NCBI GenBank assembly: GCA_045638565.1
Contig: JAZUBN010000021.1
Span: 1 to 53,441 of the forward strand
Source: Oscillospiraceae bacterium
GTDB lineage: Bacteria; Bacillota; Clostridia; Oscillospirales; Butyricicoccaceae
DNA length: 53,441 nucleotides
Reading direction: 5' to 3'
The notes beneath the pieces were generated by a model. It was not told the origin of the DNA, ran no database searches, and saw only the letters and a list, made by a program, of their open reading frames with translations. Both the position numbers and the translations under genes were made by a program. The stretch's first letter is position 1. Every line of letters starts with the position of its first letter. Positions 9,049 through 18,864 of this stretch are shown here, piece after piece.

Positions 9049-9077
9049 TTGACAACAATTCAACTTTATATATAAAT
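9049..9077 (+). promoter_or_regulatory. candidate promoter of the walR-like operon
   Basis: TTGACA at 9049-9054, about a 17-nt spacer, then an ATAAAT/TATAAA -10 region. It lies about 20 nt upstream of RBS AGGAGGG. Confidence 0.45.
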
Positions 9078-9098
9078 CTCAGAACAGGAGGGCTATTC

Positions 9099-9782
9099 AT
9101 GCCTAAAAAAGTTCTCATTGTCGAAGATGAAAAAGCCATCTCCGATATCATAATGTTCAATCTCAAACGTGAAGGTTACGAAGTCATGCAGGCGTTGACA
9201 GGCACAGACGGTCTTAATATGGCGCTCAGTGAAAATCCTGACATCGTCCTTCTCGATATAATGCTTCCTGAAATGGACGGCTTCCAGGTGCTTGAAAAAA
9301 TCCGCGAAGTCAGCGAAGTACCTGTGATTATGGTCACAGCTCGTGAAGAAGAGATGGACAAGGTCCTCGGTCTTGAAACAGGGGCGGACGACTATGTTAC
9401 AAAGCCATTTTCAATGGTCGAGCTGATAGCAAGAGTCAAGGCAAACACTCGCCGTCAGGTTGCTCCTGCAAAAAAGGCTGAAACCACAGTCACAATCGGC
9501 GACATCACAATAGATACCGATTCTCAGTCGGTTATGAAAAACAACGAAACTCTCGATCTCACTCAGCGCGAATATGAAATCATGGTCTATTTTGCAAAAA
9601 ATCCAACCAAGGTCATAAGCCGTGAAGAGCTTATGGAAAAGGTGTGGGGCTATGATTATTACGGCGATCTGCGCGCAGTTGACGTTGCTATGCGCCGCCT
9701 TCGTGAAAAAATCGAGGATGACCCATCTGAACCAAAACTCATTATCACAAAGCGAGGCTCAGGCTATTACTTAGGCAAATAA
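9099..9782 (+). CDS. walR: OmpR-family response regulator, WalR/YycF-like
   Basis: 227 aa. Receiver domain LIVEDE...LLDIMLPEMDG, GADDYVTKPFS, and a winged-helix C-terminus. Similarity to Bacillus WalR runs throughout by eye. Confidence 0.85.
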   Translation: MPKKVLIVEDEKAISDIIMFNLKREGYEVMQALTGTDGLNMALSENPDIVLLDIMLPEMDGFQVLEKIREVSEVPVIMVTAREEEMDKVLGLETGADDYVTKPFSMVELIARVKANTRRQVAPAKKAETTVTIGDITIDTDSQSVMKNNETLDLTQREYEIMVYFAKNPTKVISREELMEKVWGYDYYGDLRAVDVAMRRLREKIEDDPSEPKLIITKRGSGYYLGK

Positions 9783-9784
9783 CT

Positions 9785-11329
9785 ATGAAAAACTTCAAGC
9801 GACTCCTTAACATAATGGGGCACAGAGTGACGATTTTCGGCTCGGCCATCATTATATCCCTGCTGCTTGCGGTGACATTCATCTTCGGTATGGTGGAGGC
9901 AAGAGCGTGGCTGCACAAGCTTGCGCTTCTGATTTCCACCCTCGTCGTCATCTATCTTATCAACAGCAGAGAAAAACCGGGCTATAAAATCGCCTGGATG
10001 ATACCAATACTGTGCGCCCCTCTCGTGGGCGGCATATTCTATGTGCTCTTTGGCATCAAGCGTTACTCACGCAGGGAAATAGCAAAATACCGCGATATCT
10101 CCCGCAAGGCGATGAGTGTAATCACACCCAATAAGCAGCTCAATGAAAAGCTGAAAAATAAAAACAGCAGGGCTTTTGCTCAGTCACGTTATATCGAAAA
10201 ATACGGACGTTTCCCAGCTTATGAAAATACCCACGTGGATTATTTCCGTCTTGGCGAGGATATGTTTGCTCAGCTGAAAGCCGATATGCGTAAGGCTCAG
10301 CATTATATCTTCATCGAAACATTTATAATCGAAGAAGGCAAAATGTGGGGCGAAATGCTGGAAATCCTTAAAGAAAAGGTGAAGGAAGGGGTTGACGTCC
10401 GTCTTATATGGGATGATTTCGGCTCGATTCTCCTTCTTCCAAAGGATTTTACACAAAAGCTTAAGGATGCAGGTATCAAATACGGCATCCATTATCCCCT
10501 TCGTCCGTTTATCGACCTTCGTTTAAACAACCGTGACCATCGTAAAATAACGGTCATCGACGGTCATACAGGCTATGTGGGCGGTATCAACATCGCCGAC
10601 GAATATATCAATGAAAAAGTAAAGTACGGCCACTGGAAAGATACGGCGGTCCGCCTTGAAGGCGAGGCTGTGTGGTCGCTCTCTGTGATGTTTCTCACAA
10701 TGTGGGATGCCATCAAGGGAGAAATGGCCGATTACGATAAGTACAGACCGCAGGTCTATATGGAAAATCTCCCGTCCTGTGACGGCATAGTCCAGCCTTA
10801 CTGCGATAATCCGCTGGACGGTGAAAATGTAGGAGAAACCGTCTACCTCAACCTTATAAACAAGGCTGAAAAATATATCTATATCACAACACCTTATCTG
10901 GTCATCGATGACGGAATGATAAATGCTCTGACAACGGCGGCAAAAAACGGCGTCGATGTGAGAATAATCACACCACACATCGGCGATAAATGGTATGTCC
11001 ACGCTGTTACACGCGCCCATTATAATGTGCTTGTGGAAGCAGGTGTCCGCGTTTATGAATATACACCGGGCTTCATCCACGCCAAGTCTTTTGTGGTTGA
11101 CGATGAATATGCCGTTGTGGGCACTATCAATATGGACTATCGCAGCCTTTATCTCCATTACGAATGTGCTGTGTGGATGCACGGCTGCTCGTGTATCGGA
11201 AAAATCAAGGACGACTTTATAGGTACAATGAATATAAGCGATGAAGTCTCGCCTGAAGAAATGCAAAATATCAGATGGTGGCAGCGCCTCGGCAGAGCAA
11301 TCTTACGTTGCTTCGCCCCAATGATGTAA
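9785..11329 (+). CDS. cls: cardiolipin synthase
   Basis: 514 aa with N-terminal TM helices. Two HKD motifs, HRKITVIDG...GGINI and HAKSFVVDD...GTINMD. Confidence 0.92.
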   Translation: MKNFKRLLNIMGHRVTIFGSAIIISLLLAVTFIFGMVEARAWLHKLALLISTLVVIYLINSREKPGYKIAWMIPILCAPLVGGIFYVLFGIKRYSRREIAKYRDISRKAMSVITPNKQLNEKLKNKNSRAFAQSRYIEKYGRFPAYENTHVDYFRLGEDMFAQLKADMRKAQHYIFIETFIIEEGKMWGEMLEILKEKVKEGVDVRLIWDDFGSILLLPKDFTQKLKDAGIKYGIHYPLRPFIDLRLNNRDHRKITVIDGHTGYVGGINIADEYINEKVKYGHWKDTAVRLEGEAVWSLSVMFLTMWDAIKGEMADYDKYRPQVYMENLPSCDGIVQPYCDNPLDGENVGETVYLNLINKAEKYIYITTPYLVIDDGMINALTTAAKNGVDVRIITPHIGDKWYVHAVTRAHYNVLVEAGVRVYEYTPGFIHAKSFVVDDEYAVVGTINMDYRSLYLHYECAVWMHGCSCIGKIKDDFIGTMNISDEVSPEEMQNIRWWQRLGRAILRCFAPMM

Positions 11330-11334
11330 AGCAG

Positions 11335-11402
11335 AGCCTTCCCCTTGAGGGGAAGGTGTCACACTAAGTGTGACGGATGAGGTGCAGCCAAAGGCGTTTT
11401 AT
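11335..11402 (+). repeat. family-A repeat, copy A5
   Basis: AGCCTTCCCC-ttga-GGGGAAGG, GTCACAC-taa-GTGTGAC, GGATGAGGTGCAG, GCC-aaa-GGC, GTTTTAT. It begins 5 nt after the cls stop and lies between cls and the kinase gene. Confidence 0.8.
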
Positions 11403-11454
11403 TCAATGAGCCTTCATATCTTTCAACAAAACCCAAATGAAAAGAGGAAATCCT

Positions 11455-13200
11455 ATGCTGAAAAGCCTTCATACAAAGCTGGTGCTCATTCTTGTTGCTC
11501 TCATATTGTCGGTTATGGCAATCGTCGGCACATTTCTGGTCAGCAGCGTAACTGAATATAATATTTCGGAGTTTCAGGATGAAATGGCCAATGTTTTCAC
11601 CCAGGATTTCATTCTTTCTCTTGAAAACACCGCAAAAGAGGGCGGAAGCACATCGCTCAAGGACTATATGATAGCCTATTCTGTCAGCCTCGGCATAAAT
11701 CAGAACAGAAACTTCTATATCCTTGACGGAAAATCGGGCGAATATATCACAGGCTCAGATGATGATTCCGCATCAGACTTTGCCCTCACTCCAAATATGC
11801 TGACTGCAATGAATGGTCAGGTAGGGCAGGAGGTAAGCCCTGTCGGCACATATTTTGATGTTGCCATTCCGGTGCAGGCCGACGATACATTATATATAGT
11901 AGGTGTGCTCGATAATAAGCACGACCTCAATGCCTTCACATATAACCTTATCGGAGCGCTCATCCGTTCGATGCTTTTCGGTATGGTCATCGTTGTGCTT
12001 TTGTCCTATATCCTTTCCAAAACCATCACAAACCCTGTTGAGCAGCTGACAAAAACGGCTACCGAAATCTCAAAGGGTAAGTTTGAAAATGTAATTTCTG
12101 TTGAAAGCGGCGATGAAATCGGCGTGCTGACACAGACATTCAACGATATGGCGTCTGCCCTCAAAAACAGTATCGATGCCATGGACGGTGAGCGAAACAA
12201 GCTCAATACAATGTTCATCCATATGAAGGATGGTATCGTTGCCTTCGATAAGGACGGCAAGCTGATACATATCAATCCTGCGGCGACAGAAATGCTGGGT
12301 GAAAGCGAAGAGGGCACACATTATAAGAATGTCTTCAAAAATCTCCACATCGACAAGGAAGATTTAAGCGAAAACGGCAATTATATCGAGATCGACTATG
12401 CCACACCGGGCGCTGTGCTTAAATTATTTATTGCACCTTTTGACAGCGGCGACGGCGGCGGACTTATCGTGGTCCTCCATGATATCACCGAACAGAAAAA
12501 GCTGGACGATTCCAGACGAGAATTCGTTGCCAATGTATCCCATGAGCTTCGCACTCCGCTGACAAATATCAAAGGCTATACCGAAACTCTTATCAGCGCA
12601 GGCGATGATATCGATGGCGAAACACGAAAGAGCTTCCTTTCTGTCGTTTACAGCGAATCGGACCGAATGACACGAATCGTAAAAGACCTGCTTACACTTT
12701 CCCGTCTTGACCACGGCAAGGTTGAAATGAAGCAGGAGGTCACAGAGCTGAATCGCATTGTTGAAAATGCCGTTTCGTCGATGCATATCGAAGCGGTCAA
12801 GCAGAATATCGCTCTCGAATGTAAGCTTGAAGGAGAAATGAAAATTATGGGTGACGGTGAGCGCCTGACTCAGGTGGTTATCAACCTTATTTCCAACGCT
12901 CTCAAGTATAATAAAAAGGATGGCGCTGTCTATGTAAACGGCGGCATCGAAGAAAAAATGGCGGTAATTTCGGTGCGTGATACAGGTATCGGTATTCCGG
13001 AAGCCGACCTGCCGCGTATTTTCGAACGATTCTACCGAGTGGACAAGGCTCGTTCACGTGAACGCGGCGGCACAGGCTTGGGTCTTGCCATCGCAAAGGA
13101 AATCACAGAACAGCACGGCGGCACTATGGAAATCGCCTCTGTCTACGGCGAAGGAACAACCCTTACAATGAAAATCCCTCTCTTTGAAGAAAAGGAATAA
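11455..13200 (+). CDS. walK: sensor histidine kinase, WalK/VicK-like (TM, HAMP, PAS, HisKA, HATPase)
   Basis: REFVANVSHELRTPLTNIKGY (H-box), DTGIGIP and GGTGLGLAI (G-boxes), and HAMP segment NPVEQL...FNDMA. I prefer ATG 11455 (RBS AGAGGA, 7-nt spacing) over the track start 11437. Confidence 0.88.
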   Translation: MLKSLHTKLVLILVALILSVMAIVGTFLVSSVTEYNISEFQDEMANVFTQDFILSLENTAKEGGSTSLKDYMIAYSVSLGINQNRNFYILDGKSGEYITGSDDDSASDFALTPNMLTAMNGQVGQEVSPVGTYFDVAIPVQADDTLYIVGVLDNKHDLNAFTYNLIGALIRSMLFGMVIVVLLSYILSKTITNPVEQLTKTATEISKGKFENVISVESGDEIGVLTQTFNDMASALKNSIDAMDGERNKLNTMFIHMKDGIVAFDKDGKLIHINPAATEMLGESEEGTHYKNVFKNLHIDKEDLSENGNYIEIDYATPGAVLKLFIAPFDSGDGGGLIVVLHDITEQKKLDDSRREFVANVSHELRTPLTNIKGYTETLISAGDDIDGETRKSFLSVVYSESDRMTRIVKDLLTLSRLDHGKVEMKQEVTELNRIVENAVSSMHIEAVKQNIALECKLEGEMKIMGDGERLTQVVINLISNALKYNKKDGAVYVNGGIEEKMAVISVRDTGIGIPEADLPRIFERFYRVDKARSRERGGTGLGLAIAKEITEQHGGTMEIASVYGEGTTLTMKIPLFEEKE

Positions 13201-13219
13201 TTTTCCCCTATAAAATATC

Positions 13220-13309
13220 GGTAGGGGCGAGCATTGCTCGTCCGTATTTGCAGGGACCGGCGTCTTCGGCAGTCCGCAGAAAAAGCAGGGGACACTGACG
13301 AATGTCCCC
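13220..13309 (+). repeat. three tandem family-B-like hairpin units
   Basis: GGTAGGGGCGAGCA-tt-GCTCGTCC (13220-13244), TGCAGGGACCGGCG-tctt-CGGCAGTCCGCAG (13249-13279) and GCAGGGGACA-ctgacgaa-TGTCCCC (13285-13309), all in the same orientation. Confidence 0.75.
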
Positions 13310-13349
13310 ATATATCATAATAATATAAAACAAATCATAACAAACAATT

Positions 13350-14573
13350 ATGGAAAAATTCAAAAACTTTCTCGTGGTGTTTCTCTCGTTTACAATGTGT
13401 CTGCTCTGCTTTGCCACACTTATAGTGATGAGCGGCAACGATATCGACCTTAGAAACATCCTCACCGATGAAATTGAATATGAAAATCCCGAAAAGGAAA
13501 AGACTGTCTATAAGAATATGGCTATCCCTTACAGAATATCTGTCATAACCGGGGAAAATGTCTATACCGAGCAGGGCGTTTCCAAAAACAGCCAGTTTTT
13601 CAAGGACTGCGAAAAGCTTCTTCTTGAAGCTGTCGGCTCAATGTCCCAGCCTGAAGAATGTTCTTATGATCAGTATGACAAGGCGCTTCAGAGCAAAAGC
13701 CTTGTATTCACTCTCAATGGAAGACTGCCTCTTTATCTTATGCAGATGTGGTCGGGCAGCACAGACGGCTATGAAAATCAGACGTCCACCGTGGCGCTTG
13801 TCCGTGAAAGCAAGGGCGTCAAGGTCTATTTTATGGATGATGAAACGGGCAAATGCTTTTCCTCACAGACTTCTTCCGCCAATGCCGTAATAGATGAGCT
13901 TATCGCAAATTATGCAGGGGATAACGGAAACTTCATTTCGGGCAGAGTGTATAGCGATGTTGCGCCAAAAGCGATGGAATATGCAGTTACTGAGAATGAT
14001 ACTGCCCTGTTTGAAGGCAGAATGGAAGATATACAGCGAGCATTCGGTATCAATCCTTATATTTCGAAGACATATCAGGCGCCGGGCGGCGACAAGGTAT
14101 ATGTTGAAGAGGATGACGTGCTGACAGTTTCGGGTGACGGCAGTATGACATACCGTGCCTCGGAAGGCGGTATCGTCCTCAAGGAAAACGGCTCTGCAAC
14201 AGAGCACGAAAGTGTCGGTCTTGCCGCCAACAAACTTGCTGAAATCTCAGCCTTGCTCTATAGCGATATGCCTTATGCTTCGGCAGACATTATCAGCGTT
14301 AAGAAGCAGGATGATGAAATACACATAGGCGGCATTATCAAGCTTAACGGTATACCGGTATCGGAAGATGTATATTCAGCAGGTGTTATCGTCCGTGATG
14401 GTGTCATCATAAGAATGTGGATCGATATTCCGTCGGTCGCCGAGAGCCAGATGAAGAGCCTTATGAGCGATGTCATGGCGATGAGCGTCAATGACGATAA
14501 GGATGGACGTTACGAGATAATCTATATGATGGAAAACGGAATCCTCACACCGGTGAATGCACTGGTGGAATAG
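13350..14573 (+). CDS. YycH-like two-component regulatory protein (membrane anchored); start uncertain
   Basis: 407 aa with one N-terminal TM helix then an extracytoplasmic domain. The call rests on its position after walK and general resemblance to YycH. No clear RBS. Confidence 0.5.
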   Translation: MEKFKNFLVVFLSFTMCLLCFATLIVMSGNDIDLRNILTDEIEYENPEKEKTVYKNMAIPYRISVITGENVYTEQGVSKNSQFFKDCEKLLLEAVGSMSQPEECSYDQYDKALQSKSLVFTLNGRLPLYLMQMWSGSTDGYENQTSTVALVRESKGVKVYFMDDETGKCFSSQTSSANAVIDELIANYAGDNGNFISGRVYSDVAPKAMEYAVTENDTALFEGRMEDIQRAFGINPYISKTYQAPGGDKVYVEEDDVLTVSGDGSMTYRASEGGIVLKENGSATEHESVGLAANKLAEISALLYSDMPYASADIISVKKQDDEIHIGGIIKLNGIPVSEDVYSAGVIVRDGVIIRMWIDIPSVAESQMKSLMSDVMAMSVNDDKDGRYEIIYMMENGILTPVNALVE

Positions 14574-14646
14574 TTAATATTCATATGAAATAACGAAAAA
14601 ATTATCAGACTTATTTAGCTCAGTACAACAGAAAGGAGCAGCCATT

Positions 14647-15447
14647 ATGGAATGGAAACGGGCAAAAAATATAATACTGTGCGTGCTGGTTTTTGCAAAC
14701 CTGTTTCTCGCCATAAATCTTGGCACTCTCATTGACAGACGTCTGAGCGAGCAGCGGGACAAGACTGCAATAGCTGTCACAAATCTCATCACCCGCGGTC
14801 ACAAAGTGGAAGAAGGGGCAGAGAAAAAGCTGTCCTACAAATTATATATATATGATGTGCAGCGAAACGAAAGCTTTGAAGCCTCCATTGCCGAAAGCCT
14901 TTTGGGAAAAACAAAGAAGGAAACCAAGGGCGGCGGTATCGAGGAATATTCCTCCGATGTAGGTCTCTGCACATTCCGTTCGGGCGGTAATTTCCTTTGC
15001 GAAATATACGGACGAAATATCGAAGATGATATGGAAAAATCTGCCCGTGAACTTGTAAAGGCTATGGGCATCAAAAAATATAAGATGGCACAAGCCACCG
15101 AAAACAGCGTGATTTTCACCACAAAGGCAGAAAACCGCCATCTGATCGAAGATTACAATATAAAAATAGAGCAGACGACAAGAGGCGTACAGATTTCGGG
15201 CAGACTGCTCGATCTCGATAATGCAGCGCGTACATCGGTATCGCCTGATTATGCGAAAATACTGATAAAAATGGCCGATTCGGCCGAAAAAGAGGGGATA
15301 AAGCTTGACATCCTCTCGATGGAAGTGGTTTATATTGCCGACTATACCCATCCCGATGAATCGGCACTCACACCTTACCTGAGGCTGACCGAACCAGATG
15401 GCGTGCGATATGTAAACCTCAGCACATCAGAAATAATTAAAAATTAA
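14647..15447 (+). CDS. YycI-like two-component regulatory protein
   Basis: 266 aa. The N-terminus MEWKRAKNIILCVLVFANLFL resembles the YycI/YycH N-terminal anchor. RBS AAAGGAG. Confidence 0.55.
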   Translation: MEWKRAKNIILCVLVFANLFLAINLGTLIDRRLSEQRDKTAIAVTNLITRGHKVEEGAEKKLSYKLYIYDVQRNESFEASIAESLLGKTKKETKGGGIEEYSSDVGLCTFRSGGNFLCEIYGRNIEDDMEKSARELVKAMGIKKYKMAQATENSVIFTTKAENRHLIEDYNIKIEQTTRGVQISGRLLDLDNAARTSVSPDYAKILIKMADSAEKEGIKLDILSMEVVYIADYTHPDESALTPYLRLTEPDGVRYVNLSTSEIIKN

Positions 15448-15599
15448 AAAAAACTATTTGTATTTCTGAAAAAATATGTTATAATAGATATAACTAACTT
15501 GGTTGGGTCTTTTTGCCTTGCAAACAATAATACATATCCCAACTTCGTTTTACTTTGAAAATGTAGTATGTTAAATATATAAAGTAATGAGGCGTTGTA

Positions 15600-16868
15600 A
15601 TGGAAAAATTCGTTATCAAAGGTGGTAAGCCTCTCCACGGAGAGATTTCTATCGGCGGAGCAAAAAATGCTGCTATCGCTATAATCCCTGCCGCAGTTCT
15701 CGTAAAGGGTGTGTGCAGGCTTGAAAACATGCCTAAAATCAGTGACGTTAAAATTCAGCTTGAAATATTGGAAGAACTTGGCGCAAAGGTGCACTATGTG
15801 GATGAAACAACTGTAGATATCGACTGCACAGAAATCCACGAAGCAACAGAAGGCGCTTATGAACTTATGCGTGGCATCCGCGCTTCATATTATCTCCTCG
15901 GCTCGCTCCTTGGCAGATATAACAGAGCGTCTGTTTCCATGCCGGGCGGCTGCGATTTCGGTATCCGTCCTATCGACCAGCATATCAAGGGCTTTGAAGC
16001 TCTCGGTGCTCATATCGAAGTTCGTAACGGTAAAATCGAAGCTGACGCTATGAGCGGTCTTCACTCTGCAAATATCTATTTTGATACAGTATCTGTCGGC
16101 GCTACAATGAATGTTATGCTTGCTGCTGTTATGGCGAAGGGCACAACAATCATGGAAAATGTTGCCAAGGAGCCACATATCGTTGACCTTGCAAACTTCC
16201 TCAATTCCATGGGCGCAAAGGTTTCCGGCGCAGGCACTGACGTAATCAAGATCAAGGGCGTGGAAAGCCTCCACGGCGGTACTTACAGCATCATCCCTGA
16301 CCAGATTGAAGCAGGCACATATATGGCTGCAGTTGCTGCAACAGGCGGCAGCCTTCTCATCAAAAATGTTATCCCACGTCACCTTGAATGTATCACAAAC
16401 AAGCTTGTCGATATGAATGTCGAAGTTGAAGAGCTTGACGATGCAGTACGTGTGACACGTATCAATAAAAATCTCACAAAGACAAATATCAAGACTCTCC
16501 CATATCCTGGCTTCCCTACAGATATGCAGCCGCAGCTTGCTGTTGTTCTCTGTCTTGCCGAAGGCACAAGTATCGTGACAGAAGGCATCTGGGACGACCG
16601 TTTCAGATATATGGATGAGCTCAAGAAAATGGGCGCAATCACACAGGTTGACGGCAAGGTTGCCATCATTGAAGGCGTACGCCGTCTCAATGGTGCAAGC
16701 GTCAGAGCGCGTGACCTCCGTGCAGGTGCTGCAATGGTTATTGCAGGTATGGCTGCCGAGGGCACAACTGAAGTTGTAGATATCCAGTTTATCGAAAGAG
16801 GCTATGAGGATATCGTAAACAAGCTTCAGGCTGTAGGCGCGGACATCTGCCGCGTATGCGAAGAATAG
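15600..16868 (+). CDS. murA: UDP-N-acetylglucosamine 1-carboxyvinyltransferase
   Basis: 422 aa. GGKPLHGEISIGGAKNA and catalytic Cys loop PGGCDFGIRPIDQH. Confidence 0.95.
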   Translation: MEKFVIKGGKPLHGEISIGGAKNAAIAIIPAAVLVKGVCRLENMPKISDVKIQLEILEELGAKVHYVDETTVDIDCTEIHEATEGAYELMRGIRASYYLLGSLLGRYNRASVSMPGGCDFGIRPIDQHIKGFEALGAHIEVRNGKIEADAMSGLHSANIYFDTVSVGATMNVMLAAVMAKGTTIMENVAKEPHIVDLANFLNSMGAKVSGAGTDVIKIKGVESLHGGTYSIIPDQIEAGTYMAAVAATGGSLLIKNVIPRHLECITNKLVDMNVEVEELDDAVRVTRINKNLTKTNIKTLPYPGFPTDMQPQLAVVLCLAEGTSIVTEGIWDDRFRYMDELKKMGAITQVDGKVAIIEGVRRLNGASVRARDLRAGAAMVIAGMAAEGTTEVVDIQFIERGYEDIVNKLQAVGADICRVCEE

Positions 16869-16875
16869 TCATAAT

Positions 16876-17646
16876 ATGACGAAAATTCTCCCTGTTGCCA
16901 GCGGCTCATCGGGAAATGCTCTGCTCTATATGACAGACAGCGCAAAAATCCTCATCGACGCAGGCAGCAATACAAAGACCATCAAAAAGGCTCTTGAAAC
17001 ACAGGGTCTTGGTTTGGCTGACCTTACACATATTTTCATCACACATACACACAACGACCATATCGCCGCTCTCAATGTGATGCTCAAGCATACGCCGGCA
17101 AAGCTCTACATAAGCGAAAATGCGTATACTGAGTTTTATGGCTTCAAGGACAGAGCACTTACATTTGCTTATGGCGAAACTGTCGATGCCAATGGAATTG
17201 CCGTTAAAAACTTTCAGACAAGCCATGACAGCTTCGGCTCGGTGGGGTATGTGCTGAATGACGGCAAACTTGATTTCGGCTACTGCACAGACCTTGGTTA
17301 TGTGACAGAGCAAGTGGTGAATGCTGTGAAGGACTGCCATACATTATATATAGAGTCAAATCACGATGTGGAAATGCTCAGGAGAGGTCCGTATCCATAT
17401 TTCCTCAAAGAGCGTATCCTTTCGATGACAGGACATATTTCCAATAAGGAATGTGCCCAGCTTGCTGTCCATCTGGCACAGCAAAAGACACGCAATTTCA
17501 TCCTCGCTCATCTGTCTGAGCAGAACAATACTCCTGCAAAAGCCTTGCTCGAAACAGAGAATGCATTGTTCAGGGCGGGAGCCGATGAAAGTGTCCGCGT
17601 GTATGTGGCGCAGAAGAAAAATACAAACCCACCGCTTACATTATAA
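16876..17646 (+). CDS. walJ: MBL-fold metallo-hydrolase, WalJ/YycJ-like
   Basis: 256 aa with the HTHNDH (HxHxDH) motif. The N-terminus LPVASGSSGNALL parallels Bacillus YycJ. Confidence 0.75.
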   Translation: MTKILPVASGSSGNALLYMTDSAKILIDAGSNTKTIKKALETQGLGLADLTHIFITHTHNDHIAALNVMLKHTPAKLYISENAYTEFYGFKDRALTFAYGETVDANGIAVKNFQTSHDSFGSVGYVLNDGKLDFGYCTDLGYVTEQVVNAVKDCHTLYIESNHDVEMLRRGPYPYFLKERILSMTGHISNKECAQLAVHLAQQKTRNFILAHLSEQNNTPAKALLETENALFRAGADESVRVYVAQKKNTNPPLTL

Positions 17647-17650
17647 TAGT

Positions 17651-18097
17651 ATGCTTAAAATCAAAATAATCCCTGTAGGCAAGCTTAAGGAAAAGTTTTA
17701 TATCGATGCCTGCAAAGAATATATAAAGCGTCTTGACTTTTACTGCAAGACAGAAATAAAGGAGCTGCCCGAAGGCGGCGGCCTTGCTAAAGAGGCCGAG
17801 CTTATCAAAGCTGAAATCATTCCGGGAAGCTTCGTTATTGCTATGTGTATCGAAGGCAAGCTTCATTCTTCCGAAGAACTTGCCGAAGTCATTCAGAAGG
17901 CGCAGAACAGGGGCAAGTCTGCCATCTGTGTTCTGCTCGGTTCTTCCGAAGGAATGGACGAAAGCGTAAAGGCTATGTCCGATTTAAGACTCTCCATGTC
18001 AAGAATGACATTCCCGCATCATCTGGCGCGAGTTATGGTGCTTGAGCAGATATACAGAGCAATGAACATCAACGGCGGCGGAAAATACCATAAATAA
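17651..18097 (+). CDS. rlmH: 23S rRNA (pseudouridine1915-N3)-methyltransferase
   Basis: 148 aa from the internal ATG at 17651 of track ORF 17453-18097. MLKIKIIPVGKLKE...LLGSSEG...SMSRMTFPHHLARVMVLEQIYRA is typical SPOUT RlmH. Confidence 0.9.
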   Translation: MLKIKIIPVGKLKEKFYIDACKEYIKRLDFYCKTEIKELPEGGGLAKEAELIKAEIIPGSFVIAMCIEGKLHSSEELAEVIQKAQNRGKSAICVLLGSSEGMDESVKAMSDLRLSMSRMTFPHHLARVMVLEQIYRAMNINGGGKYHK

Positions 18098-18175
18098 GCC
18101 GCAATGAAACAAAAATTACTTCAAAACAGCCCTATAAAGCTACCACTGCTTTATAGCCCTGCAAATAAAGCTTGT

Positions 18176-18202
18176 AAAAATGCCGAAATTTCGGCTTTTT
18201 TA
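18176..18202 (+). terminator. rho-independent terminator after rlmH
   Basis: GCCGAAATTTCGGC palindrome followed by TTTTTT. Confidence 0.6.
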
Positions 18203-18308
18203 TTGGGCAATTTAATGCGAAATATAGTTTTTATCAATAAAACAAAGCTTTATAGAAAAAACCTATCAATAAAATTGTGAATTTCTAAAAAAAATTCTGA
18301 AAAAAGTA

Positions 18309-18337
18309 TTGAAAAATAACGAGTTTTATCATATAAT
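18309..18337 (+). promoter_or_regulatory. candidate grd operon promoter (TTGAAA-17-TATAAT)
   Basis: TTGAAA at 18309-18314, a 17-nt spacer, and TATAAT at 18332-18337. This leaves a leader of about 65 nt before grdX. Confidence 0.55.
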
Positions 18338-18410
18338 ATGGTTGTGAGCGAGTGAGTGAAACAAACACTACACCTGCGCACAAAAAGAGATCAGCAAAAT
18401 TGGAGGAAAA

Positions 18411-18800
18411 ATGGTATACAACTTTAAAATCATTACCAATAATGAGCTGGTGTTCGAAAAGTACGGAAACGAGTTTGAAGTCGATTACAAGCCGGGCACT
18501 TTCGAAGAGCTTCTCCTGCGTGTTCGAAATGAAGTCCACAACGGCGCAAAGCTTCTGACACATCCGCTCACAGGCTCTATCAAGCCTAACGAAACACCAT
18601 TCAAAACTGTATACGTCAGAAAGGGCAAGGGTCCTACACATCTGGACTTTGATTCTGTGCAGTTGATTGAAAATGCAATCGTGACAGCAAAGAAGTTCAA
18701 GCTCAGATTCCCAGTTATGCCGGATTACATCCGCGCAGACTTCGCTCTTATTGATCTTTCTCTGATGGAAAGCGCAATCTCTGCTGTAACACAGTCATAA
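18411..18800 (+). CDS. grdX: GrdX-family protein (glycine reductase cluster accessory protein)
   Basis: 129 aa. Size, sequence style (..NGAKLLTHPLTGSIKPNETPFKTV..) and position immediately 5' of grdE. RBS GGAGGA. Confidence 0.75.
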   Translation: MVYNFKIITNNELVFEKYGNEFEVDYKPGTFEELLLRVRNEVHNGAKLLTHPLTGSIKPNETPFKTVYVRKGKGPTHLDFDSVQLIENAIVTAKKFKLRFPVMPDYIRADFALIDLSLMESAISAVTQS

Positions 18801-18864
18801 AATGTGTTTAAAACCGCGTTATTTAACAAATTATAAAAAACTAAGATAAGTGAGGTGCATGAAT

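Noticed and set aside
18098-18410. A glycine riboswitch or other leader upstream of grdX.
   Set aside because: The best promoter leaves only about a 65-nt leader. I see no tandem aptamer-like conserved cores. The region is AT-rich with only a small 9-bp hairpin (18133-18157) and the rlmH terminator.
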